38,182 nucleotides of DNA, taken from assembly GCA_019658995.1 (NCBI GenBank), contig JAIFWN010000004.1, forward strand, positions 1 through 38,182, read 5' to 3'. The position numbers and the translations under genes were made by a program. Shown in pieces: positions 34,553 to 38,182 of the stretch (position 1 is its first letter; the number at the start of each line of letters is the position of its first letter). Source of the DNA: Candidatus Parcubacteria bacterium (lineage in GTDB: Bacteria > Patescibacteriota > Minisyncoccia > Phycocordibacterales > Zambryskibacteraceae). The notes under the pieces were generated by a model. It saw only the letters and a program-made list of their open reading frames with translations. It searched no databases and was not told the DNA's origin.

Positions 34553-35152
34553 TTAGCGGGAACTGCCGTTGCTTCCGCCACGGTTATTCCTGCCGCCACG
34601 CCTGTTGCTATTGCCTCGTGAGGAAGAAGAGCTGGAACCACCTCTATTGCTTCCTCTCGAAGACCTGCTGCCTTGTCTATTTGCCATATTCTTAGGAACT
34701 AAACTTCTAGTTCGGGGGCTGCCCCCTCGTATTGTAGTAACGTACTCACCTTTGAATTCTTTATGCCTGTGTTTGCTTAAAGATCTGAGCATGCCGAAGA
34801 GTTGCAGTGCGGCCTTCTTCACATCCTCGTATCTGTACTGGCCGGCACGACTCTCCACGGATGGCAGAGCGCACATGTGGATCTTTTTAAAATCGCCGAA
34901 CGGGAACCTATACTGGCCCTTGCTGTCTTTGCCCTTCTCGTCATCGATGCCCAAATACCATTTGCCGTATTCCCCGATCCCGTGCTTCTCTATGAAAGCA
35001 TTTTCTTCGCGCCTTGAGGGCTGGTGTTCGCTCCACATATCGCGCTCATCAAGAACGAAACGCTTTCCTTTTATTAATTTCTTGGCATATGCAAGCGCCT
35101 GCCGGTTGAGCCCTATTGCCATATCAAATGGTAGACGGGAGCTCTCGGCCAA
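34553..35152 (-). CDS. Conserved hypothetical protein with an Arg/Gly/Ser-rich C-terminal tail
   Basis: 199-aa ORF whose start may be the ATG at 35122. The globular part (WSEHQPSRREENAFIEKHG..YRFPFGDF) is followed by about 55 aa of R/G/S/N low-complexity sequence. Confidence 0.6.
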   Translation of the reverse strand: MAESSRLPFDMAIGLNRQALAYAKKLIKGKRFVLDERDMWSEHQPSRREENAFIEKHGIGEYGKWYLGIDDEKGKDSKGQYRFPFGDFKKIHMCALPSVESRAGQYRYEDVKKAALQLFGMLRSLSKHRHKEFKGEYVTTIRGGSPRTRSLVPKNMANRQGSRSSRGSNRGGSSSSSSRGNSNRRGGRNNRGGSNGSSR

Positions 35153-35167
35153 AATGACACTCGGCTT

Positions 35168-35599
35168 TTATTTGCCCTTCTTCCTAGCAGACTGGGCTTT
35201 TTTGATATTCTTCTTTTGTGCCGCACGCATTGCTTTGGTCGGCTTGGATTTCTCTGGCACGTTCTTGCGCGGATAAGCATGGAAGACATCCCCCTTCACA
35301 TGAGTGATAGGACCGCGGATAGCTTTGTCCAGAGACTTCTTGACCTTGGAATTGGTTATAACAAGTTTTCCGCTTCTTATATCTGCATCATCCTTGGATA
35401 TGAGCCAGGAGACGGTATCCCAACTGCCGCTCGGACGCTCTCCCGCGAGACGTTCGAGGTGGCCCTTGGAGCCAACGTCTTGTATGCGAAAGTTTGAGAA
35501 TTCGTACTTCGGACGCACTACGATACGGTAGAACCTGCCGCGGCCTCCGGTACCTGGCATCTTTCTTTTCTTCGGCTTTGACTTTGTTTTCGCTGTCAC
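35168..35599 (-). CDS. Conserved hypothetical basic protein
   Basis: 143 aa. The core GRFYRIVVRPKYEFSNFRIQDVGSKGHLERLAGERPSGSWDTVSWLISK has Lys-rich termini. Confidence 0.6.
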   Translation of the reverse strand: MTAKTKSKPKKRKMPGTGGRGRFYRIVVRPKYEFSNFRIQDVGSKGHLERLAGERPSGSWDTVSWLISKDDADIRSGKLVITNSKVKKSLDKAIRGPITHVKGDVFHAYPRKNVPEKSKPTKAMRAAQKKNIKKAQSARKKGK

Positions 35600-35616
35600 G
35601 ATGGATTAGGAGACGG

Positions 35617-36072
35617 TCAGCTCCTCTCTATCTTTCGGATAGTTTCAAGCAGGAGTTCGTTTTGATTTTCGAGATGGCCGATAATAACGCTGACCTCGTG
35701 CTCGGCCTTCTTGTTGATTTCGTAGTCGAGCTGGGCCCGGCGGTCCGCGGCCTTAGCCTCAACATTCTGACCTACCAGGATGAGCGGCAGGAGGATAAGC
35801 TGAAGAATATTGGAAATAAAGAGCCAAATGACGAAGGCTGGTCCTGGATCAAAGCGGTACTCGGAAGGACCGAACATGTTCCATCCGAGCCAGGCTAGGG
35901 TCCAGAAGATGAGGAATAAGAAGAACCCGAGACTGCCGATTTTACGAGTCATGAAGAGTGCAAATTTTTCGGCACCGGTCAGAGATTCCTTATGTTCGAC
36001 CCTGGTATTATGTACGGGCTTGCGGGCGTTGACGACCTCCTCGAGGCTCGGCAGGATGTGCTTGTATTCCAT
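35617..36072 (-). CDS. DUF1003 family membrane protein
   Basis: 151 aa. It has two TM helices around FDPGPAFVIWLFISNILQLILLPLILVGQN, followed by a coiled C-terminus. Confidence 0.65.
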   Translation of the reverse strand: MEYKHILPSLEEVVNARKPVHNTRVEHKESLTGAEKFALFMTRKIGSLGFFLFLIFWTLAWLGWNMFGPSEYRFDPGPAFVIWLFISNILQLILLPLILVGQNVEAKAADRRAQLDYEINKKAEHEVSVIIGHLENQNELLLETIRKIERS

Positions 36073-36113
36073 TTGCTATATAGTATATACTCACAGCAAT
36101 AATATCATAAGCC

Positions 36114-36620
36114 TTGCTAACCCCGCGTACTAATCACCGCATCCCAGCCAAAGAACTTCGTGTCATAGGACCAAAAGGAGAAAATTTCGGAGTAATCTCC
36201 CTCGAGGAGGCTATGAGGAAGGCCGCCGAGTTCGACCTCGACCTCATAGAAATCTCCCCCAATGCCGTACCTCCGGTGGCTAAGATTGCCGACCTGGGGA
36301 AGTTCATGTATGCCGAAGCCAAGAAGGAGAAGGAGGGTAAGAAGAAGGCGCATTCGGTCGAGGTCAAAAGCGTCCAGGTCAAGCTAGGCACCGGCGACCA
36401 CGACCTCTCGCTCAAGGCCAAGAAAGCCTCCGAGTGGCTTGCCGAAGGAAACCGCGTACAGATCTCGCTCTTCCTCCCCGGCCGCGCCAAATATCTGGAT
36501 GAGAAGTTTCTTAAAGAGCGCATAGAGCGCCTCCTGAAGCTCGTTTCAGTTCCCTACAAAGTCGCCGACGCTCCAAAAAAGAGTCCGAAGGGTATGACGG
36601 CTATCATAGAGCGGGCCTAG
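36114..36620 (+). CDS. infC: Translation initiation factor IF-3
   Basis: ELRVIGPKGENFGVISLEEAMRKAAEFDLDLIEISPNAVPPVAKI plus the C-domain. The only in-frame start after the upstream TAA (36108-36110) is TTG at 36114. This is consistent with the non-AUG starts known for infC. Confidence 0.9.
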   Translation: MLTPRTNHRIPAKELRVIGPKGENFGVISLEEAMRKAAEFDLDLIEISPNAVPPVAKIADLGKFMYAEAKKEKEGKKKAHSVEVKSVQVKLGTGDHDLSLKAKKASEWLAEGNRVQISLFLPGRAKYLDEKFLKERIERLLKLVSVPYKVADAPKKSPKGMTAIIERA

Positions 36621-36621
36621 T

Positions 36622-36649
36622 TTGACAAAGCTCAGCTTTTGTGTATAAT
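36622..36649 (+). promoter_or_regulatory. Consensus sigma-70 promoter (TTGACA-N16-TATAAT)
   Basis: TTGACA at 36622-36627 and TATAAT at 36644-36649, preceded by TG. It starts 2 nt after the infC stop codon. Confidence 0.55.
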
Positions 36650-36676
36650 TAGACAAGACTCCCAGCCAAGGAACGT

Positions 36677-37042
36677 ATGCGCTTCTGCATCTTAGTAGCT
36701 CTATCGCTCTTATCACTGCCCATTGCGGCGAAGGCTCAGGGTAAAGTCATCGACACTCAGAGCCAGACGATCTCGATCACCATTTTGCCGTCGGCGGTGA
36801 GCAGCCTCATGTCAGACTCGACCTGGAAGCGTCTCGGTCAGTTGGCTCGAGCCTCAGCCCAGAGGCCGGCCAGATCACGGTCGCTGTCAGCACGACTTAG
36901 CCAGCCCTTCGCCATTATCCTGCCCGATGGCTCTGTCGAAGACCTCTCCCCCGCCTCGTACCACGAGTGCAGACCGGGCACGAGAAAAGCCGACCGGGCC
37001 GTCCACGGAGATACAGTCATCGTAACCGTCCTCGAGTGCTGA
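36677..37042 (+). CDS. Possible small secreted protein inserted between infC and rpmI
   Basis: 121-aa ORF with an SD-like AAGGAAC. The N-terminal signal-peptide-like sequence is MRFCILVALSLLSLPIAAKA|QG. The middle is R/S-rich, and long ORFs also exist on the opposite strand, so coding status is uncertain. Confidence 0.4.
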   Translation: MRFCILVALSLLSLPIAAKAQGKVIDTQSQTISITILPSAVSSLMSDSTWKRLGQLARASAQRPARSRSLSARLSQPFAIILPDGSVEDLSPASYHECRPGTRKADRAVHGDTVIVTVLEC

Positions 37043-37073
37043 CTGGACAACCGCTCCAAAATAAGTATCATGA

Positions 37074-37099
37074 ATAGGCCTAGAAACGGGCCTATTTTT
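37074..37099 (+). terminator. Terminator/attenuator-like hairpin abutting the rpmI start
   Basis: The stem ataggcc (37074-37080) pairs with ggcctat (37089-37095) around an 8-nt loop. The T run extends to 37099 and the ATG is at 37100. Confidence 0.45.
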
Positions 37100-37294
37100 A
37101 TGTCGATGAAAACCAATAAGAGCTTCCTTAAGCGGGTCAAGGTCACCAAGAAGGGGAAGATTTTGGTGCGCAAAACCGGACAAAACCACTTTAACGCTAA
37201 GGAGAATAGCTCCGAGAGAGGGGCTAAGGGCCGCAAGGGCGAGTTCCACATGACCAACAAAGAGCGCAGCCGCTTCCTTATAAATATAAAATAA
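37100..37294 (+). CDS. rpmI: 50S ribosomal protein L35
   Basis: MSMKTNKSFLKRVKVTKKGKILVRKTGQNHF fits L35. The alternative start is 37106. The longer track start at 37070 is unlikely. Confidence 0.85.
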   Translation: MSMKTNKSFLKRVKVTKKGKILVRKTGQNHFNAKENSSERGAKGRKGEFHMTNKERSRFLINIK

Positions 37295-37638
37295 TGACCA
37301 GAGTCAAAAAGGGCGTCAACGCCTTAAAGTCCAGGAAGAACATATTGCGAAAGGTTAAGGGTTACCGCTTCGGCCGCTCGACCAAGGAACGCCAGGCCAA
37401 CGAAGCCATTTTCCACGCCGGTACTTACTCCTTCGCTCACCGCCGCGACAAGAAGGGCGACTTCCGCCGCCTGTGGAATGTCCGCATCTCCTCTTCGCTT
37501 AAACCGCTCGGCCTCTCCTACTCGAAGTTCATCAATATGCTGAAGAAGAAGAATGTGGAGATCGATCGCAAGATCCTAGCCGACCTGGCCGAGAATTCTC
37601 CGGCAGTTTTCAATAAAATTGTAGAAGCGGTTAAGTAG
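37294..37638 (+). CDS. rplT: 50S ribosomal protein L20
   Basis: MTRVKKGVNALKSRKNILRKVKGYRFGRS...AHRRDKKGDFRRLW. It has a 1-nt overlap with the rpmI stop (TAATG). Confidence 0.95.
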   Translation: MTRVKKGVNALKSRKNILRKVKGYRFGRSTKERQANEAIFHAGTYSFAHRRDKKGDFRRLWNVRISSSLKPLGLSYSKFINMLKKKNVEIDRKILADLAENSPAVFNKIVEAVK

Positions 37639-38182
37639 TTATAAATCCAGCTCGTACCGCTCTCCTATCTTGGGGATTATTGAGTCTACTTCCAATTCAT
37701 CTTTGAGCCTCTGGGCGAGGAAGATGGAGGCTTTTGGCTCACCCATGGTTACGAAGACTTTCTTCAGTGTATCTTTGGAGTGTGACACGAAGTCTACCAG
37801 CTGGTCGGATCCGGCATGGGCGGAGAACCCGTCTATACTCTCGACTCTGGCGTTGACTCTCACCCTGGTTCCATTGATGGTCACATCTTTCATGCCTTCC
37901 CTGATCTGTCTCCCCAGAGTACCCGGCGTCTGATAGCCGACGAAAAGTATGGTGGTGTTGGGGTCCGGCAGATATCTTTCTTCATGGAAGAGAATACGCC
38001 CCGCAGTCGACATACCCGAACCGGCAAGAATAATTTTGGGTGTTTTGGCTTCGGCAATGGCGATGGAGTCTCTTACTTCCCCGGTCTCATGAAGCATGGG
38101 AAAATCAAATACATCCTTGCCGGTCAGACGCTTGTATATCTCGGTTACCCGTATAGCCAGAGGCGAGTCGAGGAAGACCGAT
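37639..38182 (-). CDS. MBL-fold / beta-CASP family hydrolase, C-terminal part (CDS continues beyond the window)
   Basis: The frame stays open upstream of the track's Met to the window edge (..VFLDSPLAIRVTEIYKRLTGKDVFDFPMLHE..). It has a beta-CASP-type motif (GFSAHAGSDQL). Confidence 0.75.
   Translation of the reverse strand, partial: SVFLDSPLAIRVTEIYKRLTGKDVFDFPMLHETGEVRDSIAIAEAKTPKIILAGSGMSTAGRILFHEERYLPDPNTTILFVGYQTPGTLGRQIREGMKDVTINGTRVRVNARVESIDGFSAHAGSDQLVDFVSHSKDTLKKVFVTMGEPKASIFLAQRLKDELEVDSIIPKIGERYELDL

Noticed and set aside
36838-37260. 140-aa and 120-aa minus-strand ORFs between infC and rpmI
   Set aside because: They are antisense to the operon direction and overlap the rpmI start. 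They have no signal or SD features. I keep them only as a reason to doubt the coding status of the 121-aa plus-strand ORF.

Overview
All domain calls below come from motifs read by eye. No database search was possible.

This is a compact, gene-dense bacterial chromosome segment. Many start and stop codons overlap, and both tRNA genes lack an encoded CCA. The gene content resembles a Patescibacteria/CPR-type genome, which is an inference only.

Gene content from left to right:
- A truncated-looking DUF817 membrane gene ending in a 20-nt homopolymer.
- gatC-gatA and ligA.
- A complete minus-strand type IV pilus locus: four minor pilins, pilD, the major pilin, pilC, pilT, a CheY-like receiver, pilB and pilM/N/O. 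It lies back to back with comF.
- Two VOC-fold genes.
- A YgjP-like metallopeptidase.
- A sharply AT-rich islet of about 2.8 kb (18501-21318).
- A stretch of small accessory genes: two paralogous hypotheticals, a holin-like gene, DoxX and an ECF sigma factor.
- mscL, recG and tRNA-Ile(UAU).
- ftsH, smpB-ssrA and three conserved hypotheticals.
- infC, an inserted ORF, rpmI-rplT and a partial beta-CASP hydrolase.

The islet is the best candidate for an undescribed system. It has two parts:
- A 446-aa protein joins an N-terminal ParB/Srx-like domain (GNRR motif) to a C-terminal PD-(D/E)xK-like nuclease motif (D..EIK). It is translationally coupled to a Dam-family (D12) N6-adenine methyltransferase.
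- On the other side of an embedded tRNA-Ser(GCU), an Rx4H (HEPN-like) ORF starts 1 nt after the tRNA 3' end. Its stop codon overlaps the start of a MORN/YwqK-like small gene.

No integrase, transposase or CRISPR array was seen anywhere in the window.
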